Assembly: GCA_964187785.1 (NCBI GenBank)
Contig: OZ076409.1
Location: 65,784,001-65,848,000, forward strand
Source: Amphiscolops sp. MND2022
Taxonomy: Eukaryota
Reading direction: 5' to 3'
DNA length: 64,000 nucleotides
Shown here: in pieces, positions 1 through 11,269 of the stretch
How the letters are laid out: each line of letters opens with the position of its first letter
Position numbering within the stretch: the stretch's first letter is position 1
The notes under the pieces: model-generated
The model's database searches: none
Seen by the model: only the letters and a program-made list of their open reading frames with translations
What the model was told of the DNA's origin: nothing
Made by a program: the position numbers and the translations under genes

Positions 1-685
1 TATTATTCACGTCAGTTACTTCAGTTTTTATGTTTGGCTTGTCTAATGTGCCAAATGATTGTTGTCTCAATGTGCCTTCTTCATACGCAACTGCAAATTG
101 AATTGTTTCAGCCGCTGTTGGTTTTGGTTCTGTGCACAGTTTTTGTTGAATTTCTTGATTTATCATGTTCACAGTGAAAACATCTTTCACTAAACTATCT
201 GTTATTGCGCCAAAGTTGCACTTTGCGGCTAACCCATTTAGTTCGTTCCAGAAGTTCTTCAATGATTCGCCTTCTTTTTGCTTTCTGGATAGAAATTTGA
301 AACGATCAAGAGTTTCATTTTTCGGCTTCTCGAAGCAGTCTTTGCAGTTCTTTAACAGATCGGGGAGTGATATGGTTGCTATGTTGGTGGTGGGAAACTT
401 GTCAGCGATTGATTTGCGTCCTGCTGATCCCAGTGCAAGGTAAAGTATACTGATAGCTTGCTTGGTAGCTGGTATTTCGTCGAGATCTCCCATTAAACTT
501 TTTTCTTTATTTCCCGTTTTGATCAATTCTGCGATTGATATGTTGTTTTTGGCCATTAATGCCACTTCGAATAGATCTCGCCATTTTTCCCATTCTAGTG
601 TAGGGTTTTTGGAGGCATCTTGCCAATAAGTTGGAAGTCCTGCTATTGCCTGGGTTCCCGTAGAAAGTTCGGCTCGCAGCGCCAT
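1..685 (-). CDS. gag: Gag, N-terminal part (open to the window edge)
   Basis: Manual translation MALRAELSTGTQAIAGLPTYWQDASKNPTLEWEKWRDLFEVALM...ILYLALGSAGRK...FLSRKQKEGESLKNFWNELNGLAAKCNF, containing the QxxGESxxxF Gag motif. Absent from the ORF track because it has no stop in the window. Confidence 0.85.
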   Translation of the reverse strand, partial: MALRAELSTGTQAIAGLPTYWQDASKNPTLEWEKWRDLFEVALMAKNNISIAELIKTGNKEKSLMGDLDEIPATKQAISILYLALGSAGRKSIADKFPTTNIATISLPDLLKNCKDCFEKPKNETLDRFKFLSRKQKEGESLKNFWNELNGLAAKCNFGAITDSLVKDVFTVNMINQEIQQKLCTEPKPTAAETIQFAVAYEEGTLRQQSFGTLDKPNIKTEVTDVNN

Positions 686-953
686 GTTATAGGGTTTCTT
701 TATACTCAGTAACTTGTATTTCTTTTTAGATTACAAAGAGGAGAGCAGAGCAAGAATCTATTCATTAACTAGACCATGTGATGAAATGGTTCACCGTTTC
801 TTTTGGTGGTCTACGATTCTGCTGGTACTATTGACAATGTTGATAAATATATAAATAGACAACACAGTTTTGATAATTGAACATACTATGATTGACAGTT
901 GTATATATGTTTCAAATAAAGTTTCTTTTAGTCTTTTTGTCAACCCTGTCACA
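1..953 (-). mobile_element. 5' end of a Ty3/Gypsy (Mag-like) LTR retrotransposon, truncated by the window edge
   Basis: LTR 685-953 with inverted ends (TGTTATAGGGT...ACCCTGTCACA). On the minus strand it is followed immediately by PBS TGGCGCTGCGAGC (tRNA-Ser-like) and an open gag frame. Confidence 0.85.
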
Positions 954-3509
954 CGAGGAAGAACCATTAAATTTCGCGCTAATTTCACGCATTTTCTTGT
1001 CCAAAATTTGAAAAACTTTTTCGTTCGGCTTTGACATACAAAAAGAACATTTTTTTTCAGAGTTGCTAAATCTAAATATTGACTCAGTTATTTCACGCTT
1101 TTATCTTCGGTCATAATAATACCACATAATTGATCTAACTTAACATCGTTTTGCATTTTTTTTCAGTTTTCTGAGAAATTCGACAACTTTCATTTCCTCG
1201 AGACATTTATTTCATCGATGATCATTTAAAAATCAATCATTTTTCTGCTGTTGCAGCCATAATGTCTCATTCTATGCATGCTCTTAAACTGAAGCTGAGT
1301 TTCACCATTAATATTTTTTCCTAAAGCTTTCCTTTCTCACTTGAAATTTTATCCACGCGCTTACTTTCTCATTGTTTGTATTCCTTTTACGTCGAAACAG
1401 TGGAAAAAACTTGAATAGGCTGCCATTATGTCAAAAAGCGATGACTGCTTTAAGATGAAAGAAAATCAAATTCAATAACTTAATAAGTCAGAAAAACGTT
1501 AGTAAGAGAGTTTTAAAATTTCAGAGCCGTGATTTTTCAGGGGCCTTAGATCTACTCAAAACTGACTGCGCTTGGGGGAAATCCTTCAGCCTAATTGCGT
1601 TTTCAATATAAGACTTATAATACATTGAAAATACAGAACAAGCGCTTAAGTAAAATTTAAGAGTTTTCTTAGATTAATCTAACAATATTTTCATTGTTTC
1701 ATCAGGGAAGACGAAACTAGAATTTTCCATGATGAACTGTGTAAGTAATCTAACGCTGGTAATCCGCAGGTGGTAACCGTCCCCAGTAAATATTTAAATT
1801 TAAAAAATCATGGTGCCGATATTCTGCAAAAAATCAAAACTTTCTTTTTATTTCAACCCAATAATCCTATAACAAGAACAATGTTTCGATGAATAATCTT
1901 TTTACATATAAATCGAATACTTTTATTATGCTCTTTGCTACGATGCTTGCAACAAATCCAAAAAGTTTCGAAGAAATAGCAAAAAAAGTGTTTTAATAGC
2001 ACTTATTGATTTCAAATTACTACATTGTAATCGAAGTAGACGTTGTGGAAGCCTAATTTTGCATCTATCAATCCTGCTTTCTCACTTCCAATTGAAGTTC
2101 GTTCAAGCCTGTCTAATTGAAGTGAACTAGATGTTTCCTTCAATGAATTTGTTCCAATTAAAACTCCATGTTTCTTTTTTTTTCAATTCCCAGGTTTTTT
2201 CTAACCAGGTTCATAGTCACGATGGCCATTCTGTGCTTTTCTTTGAGTAAACACCTTTTCATTCCAACGAAACGAAGAGAGGGCAACGAGACCTTTCTTT
2301 TTGAGCAAACTTGAGTGGCTCTTAAAGGCTCAAGTAAAGATGGAAAACTAGAAAATAAAGTATTTCATTTTCAAAAATAAGTACATTCAGGAGTGTAATA
2401 TTTCAGAGCAGATGCTTCACGGGCATTTTCAGAGTTTTCGGAAGTGTCCTGTAGAAAAATAAGGTTTTTTATACAAATATATTGATTCGATTGATGAAAG
2501 AATTGTTCTATGGAATGACATATCGAGGCAAATTGAATTGCTAGAAAAAAATGTCAGAAACAACTTACGCTGGTCTCAACCTTGATATGTCATGAAATCA
2601 AAAATTGAACAAAAGTGGTTTATTGCACATTTTGGCCTATATTTTCAATAAAGTAGGCAGCAGACTTCAAAGATCTATAAAGCCTATTCGGTACTTTTCA
2701 ATTCTTCAAGCCGCCAGCTTTTACACTCTACATTGGATTTGTACGGCTTATATCTCTGTTTTAATATATTTTAAGGTTATTTTTGCTGGAAAACATCCAA
2801 TACAGCAGAAATGCAGAATTTAATAACTTCTTTCGCTATATGTGAAGGTTTAATATACAGAGAATGCTCTTTAATTGAAGTTTTTCAAGTCAGGCCTCTT
2901 TAAAAACTAGATGCGTCTCTGAAAATGAAAAAGATTGCTCGCTTTAGCTAGTTTTGGTGCGGACTATATGTTGAATAAAACCCGGTCATTTATTTGTCCA
3001 AATCCAATATTTTTGAGGTAATTCCTTGGAATGAAATGTTTCAGTAAAACTGTGATGCTGAAATGACAATATTCTACGGTTCGGACACTGATGAATTTTA
3101 TTCGATATAATGAATGGAACGTCACAGGCAGCATCAAAGTTTCTAAAACTATCAGGCGTAGCAAAAGCCTGTGGCTAAAACCTCGCTTTTCATTGTCTTA
3201 TTTTAGTACAATAGCCCGAGAAACAGGCCAAAAATATTTTGCTGACGTTCAAGAGACTTTCTGTTGGACTGTCTACTGCATCTGGACAATTTTTCTATGT
3301 TTGCGTACCTGGGAGCTGGAATTCTGCTTCTCCCAAGGCTGTTTTTTTTCAGCGTCTCTATTGGGCGGGATCTCTTCAAGATACACAGACACTCTTGTAT
3401 TATCATATAAAGATACATAAAGATCTTGCATGGGTATGCATAAGGTCGTACCATTTCTCGCAAGGTCTTTGAAAACGCTTGTGAATTGAGTAATTAAACG
3501 TTTACTAAC

Positions 3510-3641
3510 CCCCCGCATATCATTTCGAAGTTCATGGCCGACCACAGGGTTGTGACACCGAGCCAGATGGCTGCAATCTGGAACTTGAACGTCCTCTGGA
3601 TTAGGTTATGATACTTCATCGGGTACTCAATGAAGATAAAC
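3510..3641 (-). CDS. Class A GPCR exon (ICL2 and TM4)
   Basis: Acceptor tacgcttcag| then (R)FIFIEYPMKYHNLIQRTFKFQIAAIWLGVTTLWSAMNFEMICG, donor |gttagt. The phase-2 start completes the Arg of a DRF motif from the 4367-4485 exon. The conserved TM4 Trp is present. The donor position is less certain. Confidence 0.8.
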
Positions 3642-3859
3642 CTGAAGCGTACAAATAAGATCGCACTTCTGTCAATTAAAATTCACACGTGTGCGAGGAT
3701 GGGGGGTTGTCATGGTTGAAAATTTTGCTAATGTTTTTGAACTCTGTCGGCCAGATTTATATTGACCTCAAAAGTCAACTTTTTTTAAATACAAGTGACT
3801 TTGGATTATGTTCTTTTGTTTTGTACTCTACATTGTAAAGTGCAGAACCGGACTTGAAC

Positions 3860-4239
3860 TAGGCTCTGCAGAAATTCTAGCGGCGTGAAATCGTGTAATC
3901 GAGTGAATTATCTCCCTGTCAAATTTCAGCGTGTCACCGGAAATCGAAATTGGAAAAACCCAGAAAGATACGCAATATGGCAAAAAAATCAATTTCGACC
4001 TAAATTTTTTCGTTGTTTCTTAATCAAAACCGAAAAGTACGTTGTTTACATCCATTTAAAAATGCCCATTAATGAGTGTCAAAGTTTTCATTTTAAACTC
4101 CGAAGCAATTTTTGTTCTCGTATCTCAACCAAGCTAACGAATTTATCCATGTTTTTAGGGCAGGAAGTCAGCGTGAAATTAGCGTGACACAGAAGCGTGA
4201 AATTAAATGGTCGTGCACACGGAATTTACGCGAGGCCTA
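3860..4239. mobile_element. Putative MITE with imperfect TAGG-starting terminal inverted repeats
   Basis: Left TAGGCTCTGCAGAAATTC versus right GAATTTACGCGAGGCCTA. Several GCGTGAAAT motifs lie near the ends. No clear TSD. Confidence 0.4.
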
Positions 4240-4366
4240 GTTGTTGGTAAACAACTCATGCTCAGTTTGAGTTTGACTGAGTTCTCGTTGACCAAAGGTC
4301 AGTTGCTTTCTATCTCTTCCTTGTATTTTCTCTTGGAGAAATCAGCAGACTGTTGCTACCACGTAC

Positions 4367-4485
4367 CTGTCGGTGCTGATTGCGACCAGGAAAAAGACGG
4401 AAATGGTGGTCAAAGTGTTGCCAATCATCTCCACATTGCATGGCACACTGTTCACTTCCAGCAGTCCAAACAGTTTGGGAAAAGC
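4367..4485 (-). CDS. Class A GPCR exon (ECL1 and TM3)
   Basis: Acceptor gtgttttcag| then AFPKLFGLLEVNSVPCNVEMIGNTLTTISVFFLVAISTD-AG, donor |gtacgt. Shows the TM3 Cys and the SxxxLxAISxDR motif; phase 0 start, phase 2 end. Confidence 0.85.
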
Positions 4486-4729
4486 CTGAAAACACACGTG
4501 AATTGTTCGTGATCAAAATCGAGTATATTGCATAACAGAAAATTGTTCAAACCCTGATAAATTTACGACATTGAGCAACTCTCATAAAAAATTGAAAGTG
4601 ACATACGGAATAAACTAACAAACGCGAATAATCTTCATTGTAATTACTGAGAAGGGGCCCTTTTGATAAACTAGTTCTTAATTTTTTTGGAGCACATGTA
4701 CCACAGAAGCACGAGAGCACAGAAAATAG

Positions 4730-5275
4730 AAACAAGCCGGGAACGGCCCAAGTCGGCGCCGTATCTAAGCCTCAAAAATAGCAAAAGGACTTCAAAGTGT
4801 CAAGTATTCTCTTCTACAGAACCCGCGTGAGCAAAAAATTGAGAAAAAAAATCCGATTTTTTTTTGAATTTTTTCGAATTTTTTTTTGGTCTCCGGTAAG
4901 TCGCATAGTGCCGAAAAATGTAAAAGGGGGGCCTTGGGAGTTTTTGAACATCGATTCTTTTGCGAAATAGAAAAAAGGAAGGGGAGCCCTTTGGAGACAT
5001 TAAAAATATTTGAAAAAAAGTCTCACAAAGCCGAAAAAACCTGCATAAAAAATTTTTGGTCATGGGCGGGACTCGAACCCACGTCTTTCTGCTTGGCAGG
5101 CCTCAAAAAAACCTAATTTACCTCTATGCCAAGTGCCAGTAGTCTTTGCGCAGTTAGTGAAAGCCAGCTTATAAAGCTTATAAAATCTGTCACTTCGTTG
5201 GTCTTAAAAAAAGAAGAAAAAAAGAAAAGTCACTTTTATAGTCTGCGTTTTTCTACGAAAAGCGCCGACTAAAAA
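4730..5275 (-). mobile_element. Non-autonomous Helentron-like (HINE/DINE-1-like) element, family A
   Basis: Subterminal inverted repeats AGTCGGCGC...GCGCCGACT, a GCCG-GGAA-CGGC stem-loop at one end, a partial inverted repeat next to the other subTIR, and A/T-run boundaries. Related copies lie at 11270, 18088/33666 and 56878. Confidence 0.7.
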
Positions 5276-5434
5276 TGGAAAGAAAAGAAGCTCACTATAA
5301 TTTATCTGAGAAAAGTCGAAGAACTCAAAGAATTCAAAATTACAATATGAAGACTTTATTTGCTTTAGAGCTCTGATGGTTATCGAAAGGTTTGTATTTA
5401 ACTTTTACCACAACTATTTTTTTTACTACAACTA

Positions 5435-6193
5435 CAGTAGCGTTCTAAAATATCGCAACCTCATAGCATAAAATGGCAAAATTCAAAACCAAATATCTCA
5501 TAAACTGTCACGAATACAAAATTTTACCAGCTAGAAAAGTTTCTTAGAATTTTATCTAGTTTACAAAAATGTTTGTTTGAAATTTCTACGACCGTTACCA
5601 AAAAAGTTAAAAATTGCAAATTTTAGTAAATTTTAATTGAAATTTGAGTTTTTTCGAAAATTGAGTAACTTAGAATAAACTTTTTTGGATTTTTTTTTCA
5701 TTGGGAAACTTCCTACAATCTCCCGAACCTACTGAATTGTTTTGATCGAGAATTTTTTTCGAATCAGAAAAAATACACTATAATTTGTGTCTATGAGCAC
5801 TGAAGTACATGTATTAAGATAGGCTATAAGAATTGTATTTAGAAAATTGATGATTTTTATTTGAAATCGAAAATGTTTTCCGATGAAATTATATCAGCAT
5901 CCTCAGGAGATTTGGGGGCAAATGATTGACTGAAAATTTTTCAAAAATATATTTTCAACTTTGTGAAAATCCAGAAAAAATACAAATTTGATTAAATTTT
6001 GTCAAAATTTCCAATTTCTAACTTTTGTAATTTTTGTCGCAGAAATTTCAAACAAACATTTTTGTAAACTAGATAAAATTCTAAGAAACTTTCCTAGCTA
6101 ACTTTTTTTTGTATTTGTGACAGTTTTCAATAAATTCGGATTTGAAATTTGCAATTTTAAGCATTGGAGTTGCGATATTTTAGAACGCTACTG
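5435..6193. mobile_element. Tc1/mariner-type MITE with long imperfect TIRs
   Basis: TA|CAGTAGCGTTCTAAAATATCGCAAC ... GTTGCGATATTTTAGAACGCTACTG|TA. Inverted similarity extends about 200 bp; TA TSD. Confidence 0.85.
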
Positions 6194-6614
6194 TATTTTC
6201 GATTGGCAGTAAATTTATTATCAACAATTTGCATGAACGGCGTCATAAGATACGCATCAATGGTATTGATAGTTTGGATGAAACCTAATTGGATTTCGTA
6301 TGCTGATTTTGAAGGTTCTTTTCGATTAATTTCGTGAATCATAAAAATTTATGGAATATTTACTCAACATATCAGACAGATTACAACATCATGTTCATAA
6401 GGGTACCAAAAAGCTATAACATCGATTTTGCTGACAAAAAAGTTTAATTTCATTGGATATTAAAAGCAAAACATATCAGTAATGAATCACTTTATTTATA
6501 TATAATATCCAATAGGATGAGAAATGAGCTTAGTAGCTCTTCGAGTTCTCACCCCGGAGAATCAACTAAAAGGCATACTTTTATAAGACATCGATGCGTG
6601 GAACACGGAGATAC

Positions 6615-9455
6615 TTAGAAGAAAAGTTTAAAAAGTTGATAATTGTCAACGATATAGAGTCTTTCTAGTTTTTTTATATACGTGTGTATTTGTGATTTGG
6701 TCATCAAATGCATGTCACATGGTAAAAGATTGAATTGACCTAACCAATTGTAACTTTTGCAAAGTGCATTTTGAAGGCATTTTCTTTTTATTAACGTACG
6801 TCCTCTAGCCAGTGGTAAGGAATGATTCTTCTGATACCTTGTGGTTATGCTTCTACTAACATTAGTTTCAAGTTGGGGCAGAAAACTTGTTGGGGATTTA
6901 TTTTGAAACTGTTTAAACAATTCTTTGATTAGTTCAACTAAATAGAGTTCAAAGACAGAGAGAATGTTATTTTTCTGCAGAACATTTACCAAAGAATCGT
7001 ACTTTCGTTTGAAAAAAATAGCTCTAAGTATACGTCGCTGAGCCATTTCTATTTTTCTCAAATTGCTTTTAGCAGCTGCGCCGTAAATCAATAGACCATA
7101 ACAGATAACAGTTTTTGCAAACGAGTTGTAGAACATTAAAAGGCATTTTATGTCGTAAAAATGTCGAATTCTATAGATCAGACCACAAAATTTGTTTAAC
7201 TTCTTCACTACATATTCAATATGATGATTAGATCTTAACGAACTATCTAAATGAATGCCTAAATATTTGCACGACTTTTTGTACGGTATGGTATTATTCA
7301 TCATTTTGATCTCATCTGGTTGTCCTGAACCGAAAGGCAAAATTTCACATTTGTCTAGATTGACAGAGAGCTTATTCGCTGTGTACCAATTAATTAACTC
7401 ATTTACATCTTGTTGAATACCCGTATCGTTTTTCCGATTTGTTTTCAAAATACTGGTGTCGTCTGCAAATAGTGATATCTTGCAGTTGATATCGCATTTC
7501 GCTATATCGTTGATGTAAAGTAAAAACAATGATGGCCCTAGAATTGACCCTTGAGGTAAGCCAGTTTCAATTTTTTGACAGCTGGTAGTTTTACCTGATA
7601 TACTTATGTATTGAACCCGGTCACTTAAATAGCTTCTCAAAAGGATATTGACTTCACCTCTAAAACCATATTCATACAATTTCATCAGTAAGATATCATG
7701 ATCAAGTGTATCAAACGCTTTCTGTAGATCTATAAAACAAGCCTGACCGCTAGATTTTTTATCAATCTCATCCCTCATGTACTCAGTGACTAACATTATT
7801 GCGTCAGCACAAGATTTTTTTGATCGAAAACCAAACTGTGCAGATGTGAACAATTGATTTTTTTCGCAGAAATTAATCATTCGTTGATACAAAAGTTTTT
7901 CAAAAACTTTGCTTAGGGAACTTAATAAACTAATCGGGCGGTAATTTTCCAATTTAGCTCTATCACCTTTTTTAAATAGCGGAATAATTTTTGCAATCTT
8001 AAACGCACTCGGAAATTTAGACTCCTCAATGGCTCTGTTGAAAGCATTCGCTAAATATGGTTCAACTATTGGTGAACAGCATTTTAGGATTTCATTACTA
8101 ATACCGTCATGTCCGTGACTTTTCTTGTTTTTTAAATTTGAGATAATTTTCCCGATTTCTAGTTCGTCCGTGGGAAAAATGACCATAGAGTTTTCGTTAG
8201 CTGGCATGTTCAATGTTAAGTTTTCTATAGGTAACTTGGATGACAGACGCGATCCTATAGTAGCGAAATGTTTATTCAAGCTATTTAGTTCTGGGTAATC
8301 CTGGAGTCCGAGGACTTCATTTTTATGCGTTTTCAATGTTCTGTATATTGATTTAGCAGTTGGATTGCTCCCAAGTTTTTTAAAATTGTCATCTCTTTTA
8401 GCCTTACGAATAATCGCTGTAACATTATTGCGTTGCGTTTTGTATAAACGATGATTTTCATCGCTTGGATTTGACACCCATTTTTGGAACAATTTGTCTC
8501 GCTTATTGATTGCATTTTTAACGCTATTTGTAATCCAAGTATCAGAATTGTTGATTGGATGATGACACTTCTCGGGGGCAAATTTGTTCACACTTTCGAT
8601 AATACTATCAGCAATAGAAGTACTCAGGTCGTCAATATCCAAATTCAGCGGAATTTTTTTCAAATTTTGATCCAGCACGAATAGAAAATTTAATCTGTTT
8701 TCACCCTTCAGTTTCTTCAAATTCCGACTCCTAAATGTATCATCATGCATTTCTTTTTTTGCATCTGGAATTTCTAATAAAACAGAATAATGGTCGCTGA
8801 TCGTTGTTTTCAATGTTTTAGTTGAAAAATAATTACTCGATATGAAATGGTCTAGGCATGTTTTAGTTTTGGGAGTTACTCGTGTGGGCTCAAAATTACG
8901 AATCTGAAAATTAAATGCAGTAAGGATTGACTCATATTTCTTTTTCTCTGTACTATCTTTTAGAGTATCTATATTGAAGTCGCCAAATAAAATAGTCTCC
9001 TTATTGAATGCCTTCAGGTTGTGAAGTAATTCCTCGAACTCAGGGAAAAATTGCGGCAACCGAAATTTTTCATTCCGGTAAACGATGCAGATAACAATCG
9101 TTTTGACAGAAAATTCAACTTCAAAAATACAACATTCAATTGCAGTTTCAAATAAAATGTTTTTGTAACGTATTCCTGTCTTAACATATAACGCTACACC
9201 CCCTGAGCGGCGTTTCGCGTCTTTTCTGGGAAATGACTCTATTGGCTGATATCCTTCTAAATTATAATTATCAGGATCGTCGTTTTCTGTCATCCAAGAT
9301 TCGGTGATAGCTATTATGTCCGGTTTATTCGCGAAGCTTCCTAAAAATATTTTCAATTCGTTTAGATGAAGTCCCAAAGATCTTATGTTCATTCCGAGTA
9401 TGCTCCTTAAAAAAGACGGTGTTTGGCCTTGTAATTGATTCTCATTGTTATTCAT
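6615..9455 (-). CDS. LINE ORF2: apurinic endonuclease plus reverse transcriptase (946 aa, uninterrupted)
   Basis: APE motifs ITESW, GGVALY, GDFN, LDHF, SDH. RT motifs YRPISLL, QFGFR, DLQKAFD, PQGSILGP, FADDT, KYLG. Confidence 0.95.
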   Translation of the reverse strand: MNNNENQLQGQTPSFLRSILGMNIRSLGLHLNELKIFLGSFANKPDIIAITESWMTENDDPDNYNLEGYQPIESFPRKDAKRRSGGVALYVKTGIRYKNILFETAIECCIFEVEFSVKTIVICIVYRNEKFRLPQFFPEFEELLHNLKAFNKETILFGDFNIDTLKDSTEKKKYESILTAFNFQIRNFEPTRVTPKTKTCLDHFISSNYFSTKTLKTTISDHYSVLLEIPDAKKEMHDDTFRSRNLKKLKGENRLNFLFVLDQNLKKIPLNLDIDDLSTSIADSIIESVNKFAPEKCHHPINNSDTWITNSVKNAINKRDKLFQKWVSNPSDENHRLYKTQRNNVTAIIRKAKRDDNFKKLGSNPTAKSIYRTLKTHKNEVLGLQDYPELNSLNKHFATIGSRLSSKLPIENLTLNMPANENSMVIFPTDELEIGKIISNLKNKKSHGHDGISNEILKCCSPIVEPYLANAFNRAIEESKFPSAFKIAKIIPLFKKGDRAKLENYRPISLLSSLSKVFEKLLYQRMINFCEKNQLFTSAQFGFRSKKSCADAIMLVTEYMRDEIDKKSSGQACFIDLQKAFDTLDHDILLMKLYEYGFRGEVNILLRSYLSDRVQYISISGKTTSCQKIETGLPQGSILGPSLFLLYINDIAKCDINCKISLFADDTSILKTNRKNDTGIQQDVNELINWYTANKLSVNLDKCEILPFGSGQPDEIKMMNNTIPYKKSCKYLGIHLDSSLRSNHHIEYVVKKLNKFCGLIYRIRHFYDIKCLLMFYNSFAKTVICYGLLIYGAAAKSNLRKIEMAQRRILRAIFFKRKYDSLVNVLQKNNILSVFELYLVELIKELFKQFQNKSPTSFLPQLETNVSRSITTRYQKNHSLPLARGRTLIKRKCLQNALCKSYNWLGQFNLLPCDMHLMTKSQIHTYIKKLERLYIVDNYQLFKLFF

Positions 9456-9479
9456 TATAGGTAATGTAATGTTATGGAG

Positions 9480-10385
9480 TTAGTCAGTCATTGGAGTACC
9501 ACTGCTGCTGGTTTCGTCTTCATGGCTTTTATTACACGATTTTGCTGGAGGGGAGTCGCCAACTAGCATATCAATGTATTGTTTTAGTTTTCCAGGGTCA
9601 GATTCATTTCGAAGCATTTTCAATTGATTCGTTATTTCTGCATCGAATGTAGGTTTAGCTGAATCTGGTCTGTTTCGTTTAGCATTTGGTGTTTTCGAAG
9701 TATCATTCGAGTAGCTATGGGTATTCATTGGTATCTTCTTGGATTCTTTCATAAGCACTGCTTTGCCACTTTCCAGAATTTCGTCAGCATCGGCTGCATC
9801 GACCACGTTATGCTTGCGAATACCGTTCTGTGTCTTTATCAAAATTTGGGGAACACAATTGTTGGTAGCGGTTTTCAGTCCAAGCCCATGCATGTAATCC
9901 ATAAGATCTCTGTCACTTTTCGTTAATCGTTCCCTGAAATATACAGGGAAGCCATTAACGGGATTCGTGTAATTTTGCAACCAATATTTACGAGACCAAA
10001 CTCTATCTTTTTGCCAGAAATAGACGAATTTTACAATTACGGGTGGTGGATCTTTAGTACCTTTATATGGCGCTAGGAAATGACAGGCTACTATATCGGA
10101 AGACATAACCTTTATTTGGAGTTGTTCGTTGAGTAATCGTACCACGTCCTCCACTAAGCTCTGCTTCGGCGACAAAAGAGGTAAATTCTGGATGATAATG
10201 CAATCTTTAGATGAATAACGTTCTAGCTCGTTCACTTTTTTGTTCAAATAACAGACTTCTTTTTGTAATGTTGTGATAACTTGGTCCTTCTCATTGATAT
10301 TTGAAACTAATTTTGATAGAAATTCGAAGAGTTTTGGATCAAGAGAGCTTTCAATTTGTTGAAGTTTTTCATTCAATGAAGCCAT
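9480..10385 (-). CDS. LINE ORF1 (coiled coil plus RRM-like domain)
   Basis: Directly upstream of ORF2. N-terminal heptad region, then IIIQNLP, ACHFL, PVIVKF and FRERLT motifs typical of LINE ORF1 proteins. Confidence 0.85.
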   Translation of the reverse strand: MASLNEKLQQIESSLDPKLFEFLSKLVSNINEKDQVITTLQKEVCYLNKKVNELERYSSKDCIIIQNLPLLSPKQSLVEDVVRLLNEQLQIKVMSSDIVACHFLAPYKGTKDPPPVIVKFVYFWQKDRVWSRKYWLQNYTNPVNGFPVYFRERLTKSDRDLMDYMHGLGLKTATNNCVPQILIKTQNGIRKHNVVDAADADEILESGKAVLMKESKKIPMNTHSYSNDTSKTPNAKRNRPDSAKPTFDAEITNQLKMLRNESDPGKLKQYIDMLVGDSPPAKSCNKSHEDETSSSGTPMTD

Positions 10386-11269
10386 TATTACGTAATCGGT
10401 TCAATTTTGATCTTGCAGCGCGTGGTGGTAAACACGACTGTTCAGCAATGCATTTCTGAATCGCAAAAAAACTTCAAATCGCAATTAATTCTTTATATAT
10501 TCAATTGACACGAAAGTCTCAGGCGCAAAAGTTACTCAAATTTTGATCAGAATTACAGGGGCATGTTTTGTTTTGAAATATATTTTTGGTAATTCTCGCA
10601 ATTTATCATAAAATATCTCGCAAACTGCTGTTCTAAACGAAAAAAGTCTCGGATAAATTTTGTTCCTTTGATTGAAATTTCTTATTTTTTAATTTAAGGT
10701 TTTTTCTGGAAACGCCTTATTTTACAGTTTATATCGCGATATGATCAAAAAATTTGATTTCTACAAATTTCACTCTTTAAAAAACTATTGCTTCGACGCA
10801 ATTTCCGTTTTCGACTGTTCCTTTTTCAAGAGCGCATTTTCAGGAAACATGTCCAAATGCAAAAATAACGAACTATGTCTAGGCTACAAGTTGATCAAGG
10901 AAGGTTTTCCTCCTGACCAATAGTTTTTGCGACATTGTAGTGAAAAATTCTAAAAACTCCAAAATTTCTAAAACGAACAAGGACATACTTTTTTTATATT
11001 CCAAATAGAGTTTCAAAACAAAAAATACTGTTGCAACAGTGATCAACATATGAAAATTTCGCTCCTCCGACTTTTTGTCCAATTTTTATCTTAAAAAATA
11101 ATGTGCTTTCACAAGCAATTTCAGCTGTCTTTAGTTTTTTGGAACCTTAGTGAGTGAAAACTCGAGTGTTTGGTCTTTGTAAACAAAAATCACTCGAATC
11201 GCATGTAATGGAAAATAGCTATCTGCAATCGAGTTCCTCAAGATCAAAACTTTGTATTTGTATAAAAAC

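Larger units (their letters stand above)
6491..10440 (-). mobile_element. Full-length non-LTR retrotransposon (CR1-group: CR1/L2/Crack-like)
   Basis: ORF1 plus an APE-RT ORF2 with no C-terminal CCHC, a short 3' UTR with a hairpin, and an AT-rich (TAAA) tail. End positions are approximate. Confidence 0.9.

Noticed and set aside
3273..3478. Possible next GPCR exon (DLARNGTTLCIP, ECL2-like)
   Set aside because: It needs an intron of only about 32-43 nt or a phase mismatch, and no TM5-like stretch follows.
6476..10455. tcagtaatgaat versus tcagcaatgcat as the LINE TSD
   Set aside because: Imperfect and not flush with the inferred ends.
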